A stretch of 64,000 nucleotides of DNA from Gillisia sp. (GCA_039989915.1 JBDXGW010000001.1:193527-257526), one strand, 5' to 3'. Counted from the stretch's first letter, positions 9,495-20,262 are shown. Translations and numbers: made by a program. Notes: generated by a model not told the origin, from the letters alone.

Positions 9495-12170
9495 CTAATT
9501 ATTTTGCTTTGTAGTATCTGCAGGTTTTTTCTTGCCTCCAAGGAGCCCGCCCAATATTGAGCGCGCTGCATCTTTAACCTGGGTTTCACTTGGCTGGGTA
9601 ACCGGTGGGGTTCTTATGCTGTCTTTTGTAGCTGTGGTATCAGTCCTGGTTGGCTGGCCGGTCTTAGGAACTCCTTTGGTTAAAATTTCCCTTATAGCGT
9701 CTACTCCTTTTTGTTCCAGGGCCGCTTTTTGTTTTTCCACGATCTTTTGGGTAAGGCTGCTTACCGCCTGTTCCATATTAATATTTATCTGCGGATTCTG
9801 GAACTGTCCTCTTAAGCCTATAGGCACTGCTACCACCATACTTTCCATATCCTCCCCGCTCAAACGGCCCAGAGCATTACCTACTTCACTTCCCAGCATC
9901 TTAGCAGGAACATCCAGGCTAAGGTTATAGTTCATATTCATATCAAAACCGTGACTTCCCGCTACATTGATTTTTATTCCCTTTACATTAAAACTGAAGG
10001 GTTGCACCTCAACATTTCCCTGGTTGAATTTTAAATATCCCTTTAAATTGGAGAGGTTTATATCCTTTAAGTTGAGAAAGCTAAGCTGCTCATCCAATCT
10101 TGAGAAAAGGGCAAGTTTTTCTGGGTGCAGCTCGGCGGTGAGCAATTGCGCAAGCGCGTCTCCAACCAGCGTATTCAACTGCGGAGTAAGATCTTCATTT
10201 AAATTCCCCCGCAGGCTAATAGCCGACTGCAATTTCCCTTCCATCGCTTTTGCAATAGGCGCCAATCCCTGTAACATTTCCAGGCCGTTAAAGGACTGGG
10301 CAATATCCAAGGAGTTTAAGTTGAGTTTCATATTAAAGGTGGGCACTGCTCCCTTTGTAGAAACATTCCCGTCCAGGGCGATAGAACCACCAAAAATATT
10401 TGCTGAAATATTCTGCAATGTTGCAGTTTCATCTCTTAACAATAATTTTCCTTTCGCATTATTTAAAACAAGGTCATCATAGAGCACCCTGTTGGCAACG
10501 AAATTAATTTCGGTATCCAGGAAGGAAGGGATCTTTACGGCCTCTTTTCCGGTGGCAACTGTTTTGGGCTTATCTGCAGGGGTGGCTCCATCTACCGGGG
10601 CTTTGGTAGTTTCAGCAACCATAAAATCATTCACCGAAAAATTGCCGGAGTTAACATTGAAAGTCCCTTTAAGTTTTTGATCTGTAAAAAGGAATCCCAT
10701 GAAGTTCTGAATATTACCGGAAGCCTGAATATCTGTTTGCCCGGTGGTTAAATTAAGGTTCGGAACCTGTACGTTCCCCTGGTTGAAATTAAAACTGGCA
10801 TTGGCCACTTTTACCTCATTTGGAATTTCGGGAGAACTGTATCTAAAATCTTTAATATTGGCGGTCCCGCTGCTATTTACGTTTTGATATTGTTCTTTCT
10901 CAATAGATTCCATATCAAAACTGGTAACCACATCGGCAGTAAGGATCCCGTTGAGGTCCTGCTCCAGTTCCAGCGGATAAGCCTTTTCAAGATTTTCAAG
11001 GTTAATGGTTCCTTTCAGGGCCATATCTACCAGCATATTTCCCGTAAGGTTGCGCACCTTACCATTGGTGGCAAAAGCATCCTGATCTATCCTGAAAGTT
11101 ACTTTGTCAAAAGTAAGATAGGTATCATCTGCAAGCCCGGTGGCATTCAATACGCGAACGTCCAGGTTGATGTCCTGCACGCTTTTTGGAAGGTCAGGGT
11201 ATTTAAAGGAAGCGTTATTGGAGGTCACCCGAATGTCCATTTGCGGGATATAGGTGTCATCTACAATTCCTTTGATCATCCCGTTCACCACAAAGTCCCC
11301 GTTGGTTTGAACATTTTCAATATTCTTAGCGTACACTTCGGGGATCACAGCAAGGAAATTCTTAAAGTCGGAAGAAGGGGTCTTGAATTTAAGGTCCAGT
11401 TCATTGTAATCTTCATTTACCTGTACCCAACCTTCAAAAGTGAGCGGTAATTGATTTACGGTTGCCTGGTTTTCCAGGAAAGTATAACGCAGGTTCTCCA
11501 GGTCCATTTGAATAACGGCATCCAGGGCAACTTTGTTTCGGTTCAAATAATTAACCCCATCATAATTAAGGGTTACAAGCGAGGTGGTGTTGGTTTCCAG
11601 TTCAGATTCCGCCAAAGAAAAGTCACCTGTTCCCTGGTGGTTGAGTTCCTCGAGATACATATTTATTTTTGAACCTGCATCTGCATACCGCAGCCTGGAA
11701 TTGTTGATCTCATAATGTTTCAGGTCCAGTTTAAAGGGGATTCCAGCGGTATCAACCAACGTAGTATCCTTAATGGCAATGTCATAATTGTTATTGCCCA
11801 GGGAATCTACTTTAATATTCACGTAGGCATTATTTATTTTTAGTTCATCTACTTTTTTAGGCTCATCGCGGCCTTTAAAAAGTTCTTTTATAGACATTTC
11901 CAGCAAAACTTCATCGCCCATTGCAAGGGTATCTCCTTCAAAGGGGGCGTGGTTTATAATGCTAAGATCTTTAAGAACAAGGGTTGCCTGCGGAAAGTTC
12001 CTGAACAGCGACAAATCCAGGTCACTGAATTCTACCGTTGCATCCACATTCTTATTCATGCTCTTCTTAACCATATCCTTGATCTGGGACTCAAAAACAA
12101 AGGGTGCAGCCACGAGAAGGATCACAAAGACCAGCACCACAATACCGATAATTTTTAAAGCTTTTTTCAT
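9495..12170 (-). CDS. AsmA-family outer-membrane biogenesis protein
   Basis: 891 aa with a single N-terminal TM anchor (IIGIVVLVFVILLVAAPFVF). The long beta-rich repetitive body and S/T/P-rich tail are typical of AsmA-like proteins. Confidence 0.8.
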   Translation of the reverse strand: MKKALKIIGIVVLVFVILLVAAPFVFESQIKDMVKKSMNKNVDATVEFSDLDLSLFRNFPQATLVLKDLSIINHAPFEGDTLAMGDEVLLEMSIKELFKGRDEPKKVDELKINNAYVNIKVDSLGNNNYDIAIKDTTLVDTAGIPFKLDLKHYEINNSRLRYADAGSKINMYLEELNHQGTGDFSLAESELETNTTSLVTLNYDGVNYLNRNKVALDAVIQMDLENLRYTFLENQATVNQLPLTFEGWVQVNEDYNELDLKFKTPSSDFKNFLAVIPEVYAKNIENVQTNGDFVVNGMIKGIVDDTYIPQMDIRVTSNNASFKYPDLPKSVQDINLDVRVLNATGLADDTYLTFDKVTFRIDQDAFATNGKVRNLTGNMLVDMALKGTINLENLEKAYPLELEQDLNGILTADVVTSFDMESIEKEQYQNVNSSGTANIKDFRYSSPEIPNEVKVANASFNFNQGNVQVPNLNLTTGQTDIQASGNIQNFMGFLFTDQKLKGTFNVNSGNFSVNDFMVAETTKAPVDGATPADKPKTVATGKEAVKIPSFLDTEINFVANRVLYDDLVLNNAKGKLLLRDETATLQNISANIFGGSIALDGNVSTKGAVPTFNMKLNLNSLDIAQSFNGLEMLQGLAPIAKAMEGKLQSAISLRGNLNEDLTPQLNTLVGDALAQLLTAELHPEKLALFSRLDEQLSFLNLKDINLSNLKGYLKFNQGNVEVQPFSFNVKGIKINVAGSHGFDMNMNYNLSLDVPAKMLGSEVGNALGRLSGEDMESMVVAVPIGLRGQFQNPQININMEQAVSSLTQKIVEKQKAALEQKGVDAIREILTKGVPKTGQPTRTDTTATKDSIRTPPVTQPSETQVKDAARSILGGLLGGKKKPADTTKQNN

Positions 12171-12177
12171 TTTATAT

Positions 12178-12942
12178 TTATTTAGTTGCCGGTAGTTTCC
12201 TCACGGCATAATAATATTTTTCAAAATCCAGTTCGCCGGCCGGTTCCAGGTCAAATCTTTTCCTGAACCAGTACACCGCGATATACAGGAACGGGGTGTC
12301 ACAGGCCGCTACCAGCACCTTGAACAGGAACCCGCTAAGGAGCAAGGGGCCAAAGAGCGCCCAGTCAATTTTGTTAAAGGTACAAAGCAAAAATAAGACC
12401 GAAAAGGTATCTACAAATTGTGACAGGAATGTGGAGAAATTATTCCGAAGCCAGAGGTGCTTTCCCCGGGTGAGCCTTTTCCAGAAGTGGAAGAGCTGAA
12501 TGTCTATATATTGTGCCAGGATGTAGGCGCTCATAGATGCAAACACCGCAATTCCTGTTGCCCCGAATACCCGGTTAAACAAGGGGTCATCAATGGGAGA
12601 CCAGGAGGTAGCGGGAACATAATCTGCAGTGGAAATAATGAGCAGGGAAAAAAGAGAGGCAAAGATCCCCGCGGTAACTACCTGGTTGGCTTTGTTCTTT
12701 CCGTAGACTTCGCTTATTATATCTGTGATCAAAAAGGTAAGTGGGTAAGGCAGGATACCTACAGAGATCTCAAAAGTATACAGACCAAAAAAATCCCAGT
12801 AAAAAAATTTCTGAAAGATAAGATTGGATACCACAAGGGAAGCTATAAACAAGGCACCCAGAATAATATAAATTCTCTGGGCCAGCAAAAGGTCTTTTAA
12901 TGAATGATCTCTCAATTTATTTTTATAAACACTTCTTAACAA
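12178..12942 (-). CDS. Queuosine-precursor transporter (YhhQ/VUT family, DUF165)
   Basis: Polytopic membrane protein with the family block YPLTFLITDIISEVYGKNKANQVV. The start codon is uncertain (TTG at 12942 or 12915). Confidence 0.8.
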   Translation of the reverse strand: MLRSVYKNKLRDHSLKDLLLAQRIYIILGALFIASLVVSNLIFQKFFYWDFFGLYTFEISVGILPYPLTFLITDIISEVYGKNKANQVVTAGIFASLFSLLIISTADYVPATSWSPIDDPLFNRVFGATGIAVFASMSAYILAQYIDIQLFHFWKRLTRGKHLWLRNNFSTFLSQFVDTFSVLFLLCTFNKIDWALFGPLLLSGFLFKVLVAACDTPFLYIAVYWFRKRFDLEPAGELDFEKYYYAVRKLPATK

Positions 12943-12960
12943 AGTTAAGTCTATGTTACT

Positions 12961-14160
12961 TTGTTTTATTTAATTTGCTGTGAAATTTATGGAATCCCCG
13001 GCAAAACAATTCTTAATACTATCTTGAAATCTCCTAAAACATTTTACATCGCCCTTGGAAGTAATGAAGGGAACCGGCTGGAGCTTATGCAAACTGCGGT
13101 TACCAGGATTTACAGGGAGATTGGTGAAATAACCGCAATTTCCAGGGTATATGAAACCCCCGCCTGGGGCTTTGAAGGAAATCCTTTTTTGAATGCCTGC
13201 ATAGGGGTAAGCAGCAGGTTTACAGCCCAAAAGATCCTGCGGAAACTTTTAAAGATAGAAACATCTTTAGGCCGATCCCGGGGAGCCGCTAAAACCTATC
13301 AAAACCGAAGCATCGACCTTGATATTATATTAGGGGAAGGAGAATTGATCACCCATGAGGATCTGCAGCTTCCGCATCCCCAAATGCAGAACCGGAAATT
13401 TGTTTTGTTCCCGTTGGCCGATATTGCAGCCACCGAAATTCACCCTGTATTAAACCGAAGCATTGCGCAACTGCTAGAGGAAACTAAAGATACCAGCAGT
13501 ATTGAGATCTTTACGGGAAAACTGGAACAACCCGCCAAAAAATTCGGATTTACAAATTGCCAGTACATCGCCATAGAGGGAAATATAGGAGCCGGAAAAA
13601 CCAGTCTTTCCACGATGATCTCCCAGGATTTTAATGCAAAACTTATCCTTGAACGATTTAAGGACAATCCATTTCTGCCAAAATTCTATGAGGATCAACA
13701 CCGCTATGCATTTCCGCTGGAAATGTCTTTCCTGGCTGACAGGTACCAGCAGCTATCTGATGATCTCGCACAGTTCGACCTTTTTAAAGACTTTGTGGTT
13801 TCAGATTATGATGTGTTCAAATCGCTCATATTTGCCAAGATAACCCTGCAGGAGGATGAATATGCTTTGTACGACAAACTATTCCGCATTATGTACAAGG
13901 AAATGGTAAAACCTGAGCTTTACATTTATTTGTACCAGAATACGGAACGTTTGCTGGAAAACATTAAGAACAGGGGAAGGGATTATGAGCAGAACATCCA
14001 ACCGGAATATTTAATTGAGATCAATAAGAGCTACCTTTCTTTTATTAAATCCCGTACAGAAATGAATGTGCGCATTATTGAGATTTCAGATCTGGACTTT
14101 GTGAACAAACGGGAAGATTACCTGTATGTGCTGGATCAAATAGACAGGATGCAATCATAA
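12961..14160 (+). CDS. folK: Fusion of 2-amino-4-hydroxy-6-hydroxymethyldihydropteridine diphosphokinase (HPPK) and a deoxynucleoside kinase
   Basis: The N-terminal half has HPPK blocks (FYIALGSNEGNRL, YETPAWG, DLDIIL, LQLPHPQMQNRKFVLFPL). The C-terminal half has the dNK P-loop YIAIEGNIGAGKTS and the ERF...NPFLPKFY, FPLEMSFLADRY blocks. No stop separates them. The start is ambiguous (TTG 12961 or TTG 13024). Confidence 0.8.
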   Translation: MFYLICCEIYGIPGKTILNTILKSPKTFYIALGSNEGNRLELMQTAVTRIYREIGEITAISRVYETPAWGFEGNPFLNACIGVSSRFTAQKILRKLLKIETSLGRSRGAAKTYQNRSIDLDIILGEGELITHEDLQLPHPQMQNRKFVLFPLADIAATEIHPVLNRSIAQLLEETKDTSSIEIFTGKLEQPAKKFGFTNCQYIAIEGNIGAGKTSLSTMISQDFNAKLILERFKDNPFLPKFYEDQHRYAFPLEMSFLADRYQQLSDDLAQFDLFKDFVVSDYDVFKSLIFAKITLQEDEYALYDKLFRIMYKEMVKPELYIYLYQNTERLLENIKNRGRDYEQNIQPEYLIEINKSYLSFIKSRTEMNVRIIEISDLDFVNKREDYLYVLDQIDRMQS

Positions 14161-14165
14161 AAAAA

Positions 14166-14195
14166 ATGACGAAGGTGGGGGCTTCGTCATTTTTC
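14166..14195. terminator. Bidirectional hairpin terminator
   Basis: atgacgaag-gtggggg-cttcgtcat flanked by A7 and T5. Confidence 0.7.
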
Positions 14196-14214
14196 CAACT
14201 ACTTCAAACTTTCT

Positions 14215-15852
14215 TTATAATTCGTGGGCACCTATGTCCTGGGTGGAATCCCGCAGGGGCGATCCGCCAAAATAATCTCTGTCTCCAATTTCCTTATCCA
14301 GATTGACACCAAAATTTTTGGCCGGAGATTCATTTTTAAGTTTATAGGAGGTTAATGAGGAAAGATCCTTTCCATGACCTACAATTATCCCGGTTCCCGG
14401 TGCGGTTAACAAGGGGTCTCCCTCAAATCCCAGATTAAGGTCGTTTAATTTTTCATTGCCCGTAGCCCTGAAATTTTCAAGGGAATTGTAGGCTATGCCT
14501 TGAAATGCAATATTAAAAGTATCGGGGCTGTAGTATAGATTTCCTTTTAATGTGGCAGAGTATCCTTTGGGAACGCTTACCAGATCTGCCCCGTTGCTTG
14601 CATATAAAATATTGTTGTTGAACTGGATATTCCCTTTAATAAGCTTCCATTCCAGCATTTTTATGGCTGCAGAAGAACGATTTCCCGCCTGCTCTTTTAT
14701 GTAAAAGGTGTTGTTGTAAACGTAGATATTGTCCATTTGGGTGGCACCATTGAAGAGATAAACACTACCCCCGTTGGTCGCGGCATCGTTCTCGCTAATA
14801 TTATATCTTACAATAATATTGTTCATAGGCCTTGCCCCTCCAAACTGACCCACAAGATAACCCGCACCGTCATTGTCGTGGGAATAATTATACTGCATAA
14901 TCCCGTTGGTAACCCCGCCATCAAGGTCAAATCCACCGCCGTCACACCCCGTGCCGGAGCTAATGTTGTAAGCTTCATTGTGCTGAATGGTAACCTGGTC
15001 TGCATCCCAGTACCAGATGCCAACAGGGCCGCCGCAATTTGTATTGCCTTTGCCGCAGTCATAAACCGTGCTGTATTCAATAAGGGATTTTTGAACATCG
15101 GCAAGTACAATACCATTTCCTGAATGGCTTTTTTTGCTGTATCCCGGAATATTGAAGACCTCGCAGTTTCTCACGGTAATATTGGAATGAGCATAACCCG
15201 TTTTGGTGGATGAAAAATACCCATAAGAGGAAATTCCCACATCGAGGATGCCGTGAACTTTGTTGTTTTCCAGCAATACGTTGTTAAATCCTGAATTGCC
15301 ATTATAGGCTCCTATCACTATTCCAAAATTCCTGAACCCTGTAACTTCGGTATTGGTTATCTCAACTTTTTCCAGCTTCACGTTCCCTGGAAGATCGTTG
15401 TAAAAATTGATCCCCGATGCATTATTGGAATACATTCCGCTGCCTGAAACTATAATGTTGTCAATGATTATTCCGGCAGTATTATACACGTAAATGCCAT
15501 CTTTATCACCCGCTTTAATGGTCGCCCTGCCGGTACCATATGAAGTTATTTTTACAGGATTGCCGCCTTCATTTGCATCACCCACGGTAAAATAAAGATT
15601 TCCCGCAAAGGATTTTCCGCCTTCAAAAAGGATCTTGCTGCCCGGTTCAAACTGCATTTGATTAACTTTCTCTATTGTTTGCCAGGCATCATCGGGAGAA
15701 TTGCCACTATTGGCATCGTTCCCGGTCGGGCTTATATAATAGGTGTTTTTTGCTTCAGAAATGATTTGTTCGAGTTCGCCCTGCATTTCGGGGGTACAGG
15801 AAGTTAAAAAAAGGATAGTGAATAAACTTAACCAGGAGTAGATTTGCTTCAT
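14215..15852 (-). CDS. Right-handed parallel beta-helix repeat lipoprotein (pectate-lyase-fold, possible polysaccharide-active enzyme)
   Basis: Lipobox LFLTSC. Periodic G/N-rich beta-helix coils are present (NIxxxN, GIxxxxxxNxxxxNN repeats). Confidence 0.75.
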   Translation of the reverse strand: MKQIYSWLSLFTILFLTSCTPEMQGELEQIISEAKNTYYISPTGNDANSGNSPDDAWQTIEKVNQMQFEPGSKILFEGGKSFAGNLYFTVGDANEGGNPVKITSYGTGRATIKAGDKDGIYVYNTAGIIIDNIIVSGSGMYSNNASGINFYNDLPGNVKLEKVEITNTEVTGFRNFGIVIGAYNGNSGFNNVLLENNKVHGILDVGISSYGYFSSTKTGYAHSNITVRNCEVFNIPGYSKKSHSGNGIVLADVQKSLIEYSTVYDCGKGNTNCGGPVGIWYWDADQVTIQHNEAYNISSGTGCDGGGFDLDGGVTNGIMQYNYSHDNDGAGYLVGQFGGARPMNNIIVRYNISENDAATNGGSVYLFNGATQMDNIYVYNNTFYIKEQAGNRSSAAIKMLEWKLIKGNIQFNNNILYASNGADLVSVPKGYSATLKGNLYYSPDTFNIAFQGIAYNSLENFRATGNEKLNDLNLGFEGDPLLTAPGTGIIVGHGKDLSSLTSYKLKNESPAKNFGVNLDKEIGDRDYFGGSPLRDSTQDIGAHEL

Positions 15853-16170
15853 AGGATCATTTTCATTTTATTAAACCGGGAAAAAATTTCAAGAACTTTA
15901 AACAATTGGGTTCCTGTGATTTAAGAAAACAAATAAAGGGGTAAATCCGATAAGAAGCAAATAAAATCGATGAACGACACGTTTTTTCTTAATTATATCT
16001 AAAAATTGCCTTTTTATAGGGTTTTAGAGGAGTAAAAAGGCTACCCTACCTAAAGATTGGTAAGTGTTTTTATTTGAAAATTGGGAAAATTTTACGAGGA
16101 AAGACTGGAAGAGGCAAGTTTAGAATCTAGACTTGTAGGTTGTTTCCTACAGTGTAATAGCTTTTAAGGA

Positions 16171-16713
16171 TTACAGTTTCATTTTTTTAAAAATGTCCCA
16201 GATAACTATGCCGGCGCTTACCGCAATATTCAGCGAATGTTTACTCCCGTGCTGCGGGATCTCTATAACCCCGTTGCAGGCATTAACTACTGCCTGTTGT
16301 ACTCCCTTTACTTCATTGCCAAAGATCACCGCAATGGTTTTTCCCGAAGAGGGGGTGAACTCCTGCAGCATAACAGCATTTTCAGCCTGTTCCACTGCGA
16401 AAACCTCAATTTCTTCCTGTTGTAATTCCCTCACCACCTCCCCGGTATTGGCATTAAATTCCCAGGTAACAGTTTCGGTTGCACCGAGGGCGGTTTTATG
16501 GATATCCTTATGGGGTGGGGTGGCGGTGATCCCGCAGAGATACACCTTTTTAACAAGAAATGCATCGCAGGTGCGAAAAACCGACCCTATATTGTTCAGG
16601 CTGCGCACATTGTCAAGAATTACTATAAGAGGAGTCTTTTCTGCATCCCTGAATTCCTCCACCGTTTTTCTTTCGAGTTCGCTGTTCTTTAGTTTTCGCT
16701 TTTCCATCCTCAA
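16171..16713 (-). CDS. TrmH/SpoU-family RNA 2'-O-methyltransferase
   Basis: SpoU motifs LIVILDNVRSLNNIGSVFRTCDAF, VIFGNEVKGV and IPQHGSKHSLNIAVSAGIVIW. Confidence 0.85.
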   Translation of the reverse strand: MRMEKRKLKNSELERKTVEEFRDAEKTPLIVILDNVRSLNNIGSVFRTCDAFLVKKVYLCGITATPPHKDIHKTALGATETVTWEFNANTGEVVRELQQEEIEVFAVEQAENAVMLQEFTPSSGKTIAVIFGNEVKGVQQAVVNACNGVIEIPQHGSKHSLNIAVSAGIVIWDIFKKMKL

Positions 16714-16910
16714 AAATACATATTATAAAATGGCATCAAAAATAAACCTCTTTCTTACCGGAATTTCCTTAAGTTTCCTGAAGTAAAGAGTGCTGGGGGT
16801 TCTTACAGCACGTATAGAATAAATTAAATTGACTGCTAATTTTAATTTATCTTAGGAGTAATTTAACAGGGGAGACCTGGACTACGGTTTCCTGATCAAA
16901 AATTATTTCT

Positions 16911-19900
16911 ATGAGACTTTCATATTTACATCATTTATTGGCGGTTTTTTTCTGTACCACTCTTTCGGTTTTCTCACAGGGTATAAATATCCAGGATACA
17001 AGATTGCTCTCATCACCTGCTATAAGCGACAACCAGATCGCATTTATTTATGCTGAAGATCTTTGGGTCGCCAATAAAGATGGTTCCTTCCCAAAACGTC
17101 TCACGGTAGACGATGGGATAGAATCCAATCCTGTTTTTTCACCTGATGGAAGCCTTATTGCATTTAATGCAGAATATGATGGTAATATTGATGTTTACGT
17201 AGTTCCTTCAAAAGGAGGTGTTCCCAAACGTCTTACCTGGCACCCCGGGAACGACCAGGTTCGCGGCTTTACACCAGATGGGTCTGCAGTTCTTTTTGCA
17301 TCCCAGCGCAGTGTATTTACCAACAGGTTTACCAAACTATTCGAAGTCTCAGTAAGCGGGGGCCAGGTTAACGAACTCGAGATCCCTAATGCATTTTGGG
17401 CAGATTATTCTCAGGACGGGAAATACATTGCCTACACCCCGCTATACGAAGTCTTCAACCAGTGGAAGTACTACCGGGGAGGTACAGCTTCCCGTATCTG
17501 GATCTATGATACAAATGATCATTCCGTTCGGGAAATCCCAAAGCCTGAAAGCGGAAGCAACGACACCAAACCCCAGTGGCTGGGAAATAAAATATACTTC
17601 AGGAGTGACAGGAATGGAGAATTCAATCTTTACAGTTATGATATGAACTCTCAGCAGGTTACCCAACATACAACTTATAAAGATTTCCCGGTGCTAAATC
17701 TTTCCGCAGGAAATAACGAGATTATTTTTGAACAGGCTGGTTACCTGCATACCTTTAATCCTGTAAATGGTTCTACCACCAAACTTAAAATAGGAATTGC
17801 GACCGATCTTCTTGAATTACGGCCACGATTTGTCAAAGGAGATAATTATATACGCAGCGCCTCTGTTTCACCTACCGGTGCCAGGGTGGTGATGGATTTT
17901 AGGGGAGAAGTGGTAACAGTGCCCGGTGAGAAAGGTGATGTAATGAATATCACATCAACCGCCGGGGTACACGAAAAAGATCCTGTATGGTCCCCTAATG
18001 GAAAATTCATTGCATATTTTAGTGATGAAAGTGGGGAATACGCCCTTCATGTCCATGATCAAAGTGAACAAAAAGACCCGCGAAAATACAAATTGGATGG
18101 CACCGGCTTTTACGCCCATCCCCGCTGGTCGCCTGATAGTAAAAAAATTAGTTTCGTTGACAACGGCCGCAACCTGTATGTGTTGAACACAGACTCCGGT
18201 CGGGTTACAAAAGTATCTGAAGATGAGCGATATATGCCCGGGATATTCCGTGATTTATTTGGCAGCTGGTCTCATGACTCCAGCTGGATAAGTTATACGG
18301 TAGTTACCGGAACTAGTTTTGAGCAGGCTTTTGTTTATTCGCTTTCTGAAAACAGATCATATCCTATTTCCGACGGGTTCTCGAGTGTTTCAAACCCTGT
18401 GTTTGATCCAAGCGGGAAATACCTTTATATGCTGGCTTCTACCGATGCAGGTCCTGTAGTTAATTGGTTTGACCAGTCTAACCAGGATATGGAAATGACC
18501 AGTTCAATCTACCTGGTAACCTTGCAGAAGGGGGTGGAATCTCCCTTTGCCAGAGAAAATGATGTAGAAAAGATCCAGCAGGAAGAAATAGAGGATGATA
18601 AAAAGAAGAAAGCAGAAGAGGAAGATAAAAAGATTAAAGTGCCTGCCCTGAAAATTGATTTTGACGGGATAGAGAACAGGATAGTAGATATTCCGGTTCC
18701 GGCGGGGAATTATGCGTTTCTTAGTGCTCCCGCGGAGGGAAAGTTGTATTATTTGTCCTATGCACCGCGGCAACAGGACAAAGCAACCTTGAATATGTAT
18801 GATCTTAAAGAAAGAGAGAATAAAGATATCATGCCTGCTACTTTTTATGAGATCTCTGCCAATGCTAAAATGATACTTTACCAGGCAGAAGGAAAATGGG
18901 GAATAGCTGAAATTGACAAGATCCAGGAGAAGCGAATTTTAAACACCGGAGATATTCAGGTTAAAATAGATCCCCTGGCAGAGTGGCCAAATATTTTCAA
19001 TGAAGCCTGGAGGGTAAACAGAGACTATTTTTATGATCCGGGGATGCACGGGGTAAACTGGAATGCAATGAAGAAAAAATATGAACCCTTCATTTACCAT
19101 GTTACTTCGCGCAGTGATCTTTACAGGGTTATGGAATGGATGTTCAGCGAACTTGGAGTAGGGCATCACCGGTTTTCAAGCCGGGGTGACAGGCTTCATT
19201 CCAAAGAATCTGTAAAGGGCGGACTTCTGGGAGCCGATTACAGTATTGAAAACAACAGGTATAGGTTTAAAAAGATCTATGGAGGGCTCAACTGGAATCC
19301 CAATTTAAGATCCCCGCTTACTGAACCGGGGGTAGATGTAAAGGTGGGAGAATACATTCTGGAAGTAAATGGCAGGGAATTAAAGGCTGACGATAATATT
19401 TACGAATTTTTTGAAAATACCGCCGGCAGGATCGTAATGCTCACCGTGGGACCAAACCCTGATATGAAAAATTCCAGAAAAGTAAAAGTAACCCCGGTAG
19501 AGAATGAAGGAGCTTTGAGAAACCGCGATTGGGTAGAAGGCAATATTAAAAAAGTTGATAAGGCCACCAACGGCCGGGTTGCTTATGTTTATGTGCCAAA
19601 TACGGCTGTCGCGGGACATGAATATTTTAAGCGCTATTTCTTCCCGCAGGCAAACAAGCAAGCTATTATAGTAGATGAGCGTTTTAATGGCGGGGGGCAG
19701 CTGGCAGATTATGTGATAGATATTCTTAAAAAACCCGAGCAGGCGCATTGGAGATTCCGCTATGGTAAAGATCTTAAATCGCCAAGTGCCTCAATACAGG
19801 GGCCAAAAGTGATGATAACCGATGAAACTGCAGGTTCGGGTGGGGATTACCTTCCCTGGATGTTCAGGAAATTTGAATTGGGCACCATCGTGGGTAAAAC

Positions 19901-20174
19901 AACCTGGGGAGGCCTGGTAGGAGTACTTGGATATCCCGAATTTATAGATGGTGGATCTGTCACGGCGCCAAATGTGGCTTTTTATACTGAAGACGGTTTT
20001 CGTGTGGAGAATGAAGGAGTTGCTCCAGATGTGGAGGTGGAACAATGGCCGGCAGATGTTATAGCAGGCAGGGATCCTCAACTGCAAAAAGCGATTGAGA
20101 TCGTGTTGAAGCAACTTGAGGAAAATCTGCCCCGCGAAATGGCTTCCCCTGTTTATCCCAAAAAAGGGGAATAA
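16911..20174 (+). CDS. Tricorn-protease-like S41 peptidase (TolB-like propellers, PDZ and S41 domains)
   Basis: 1087 aa. Repeated xPxFSPDG/WSPNG propeller signatures (NPVFSPDGSLIAF, DPVWSPNGKFIAYF, HPRWSPDSKKISF). C-terminal S41 blocks (VDERFNGGG, TDETAGSGGDY, TWGGLVG). Confidence 0.9.
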   Translation: MRLSYLHHLLAVFFCTTLSVFSQGINIQDTRLLSSPAISDNQIAFIYAEDLWVANKDGSFPKRLTVDDGIESNPVFSPDGSLIAFNAEYDGNIDVYVVPSKGGVPKRLTWHPGNDQVRGFTPDGSAVLFASQRSVFTNRFTKLFEVSVSGGQVNELEIPNAFWADYSQDGKYIAYTPLYEVFNQWKYYRGGTASRIWIYDTNDHSVREIPKPESGSNDTKPQWLGNKIYFRSDRNGEFNLYSYDMNSQQVTQHTTYKDFPVLNLSAGNNEIIFEQAGYLHTFNPVNGSTTKLKIGIATDLLELRPRFVKGDNYIRSASVSPTGARVVMDFRGEVVTVPGEKGDVMNITSTAGVHEKDPVWSPNGKFIAYFSDESGEYALHVHDQSEQKDPRKYKLDGTGFYAHPRWSPDSKKISFVDNGRNLYVLNTDSGRVTKVSEDERYMPGIFRDLFGSWSHDSSWISYTVVTGTSFEQAFVYSLSENRSYPISDGFSSVSNPVFDPSGKYLYMLASTDAGPVVNWFDQSNQDMEMTSSIYLVTLQKGVESPFARENDVEKIQQEEIEDDKKKKAEEEDKKIKVPALKIDFDGIENRIVDIPVPAGNYAFLSAPAEGKLYYLSYAPRQQDKATLNMYDLKERENKDIMPATFYEISANAKMILYQAEGKWGIAEIDKIQEKRILNTGDIQVKIDPLAEWPNIFNEAWRVNRDYFYDPGMHGVNWNAMKKKYEPFIYHVTSRSDLYRVMEWMFSELGVGHHRFSSRGDRLHSKESVKGGLLGADYSIENNRYRFKKIYGGLNWNPNLRSPLTEPGVDVKVGEYILEVNGRELKADDNIYEFFENTAGRIVMLTVGPNPDMKNSRKVKVTPVENEGALRNRDWVEGNIKKVDKATNGRVAYVYVPNTAVAGHEYFKRYFFPQANKQAIIVDERFNGGGQLADYVIDILKKPEQAHWRFRYGKDLKSPSASIQGPKVMITDETAGSGGDYLPWMFRKFELGTIVGKTTWGGLVGVLGYPEFIDGGSVTAPNVAFYTEDGFRVENEGVAPDVEVEQWPADVIAGRDPQLQKAIEIVLKQLEENLPREMASPVYPKKGE

Positions 20175-20262
20175 TTAGAAAAATTCGGCTTTCATTCCCG
20201 CTCAAAAGGATAATTAAAAGTTCAGGTTAAGTAAATTTCACCACCCATTTAAATATTAAATA

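Noticed and set aside
12943-13023. A preQ1 riboswitch upstream of the YhhQ-type queuosine-precursor transporter.
   Set aside because: Reading the minus-strand leader, I found neither the compact preQ1-I hairpin with an A-rich tail nor a recognisable preQ1-II/III pattern. The leader is short and AT-rich. A covariance-model scan would be needed to be sure.
16193-16786. Long antisense ORFs: 16193-16786 (+), 10884-11450 (+), 54916-55554 (+), 47822-48388 (-), 41758-42174 (-), 4919-5362 (-), and many others of 60-150 aa.
   Set aside because: Each is fully embedded opposite a gene with clear family motifs. None has a recognisable domain, and their compositions are typical of shadow frames, so I treat them as non-coding.
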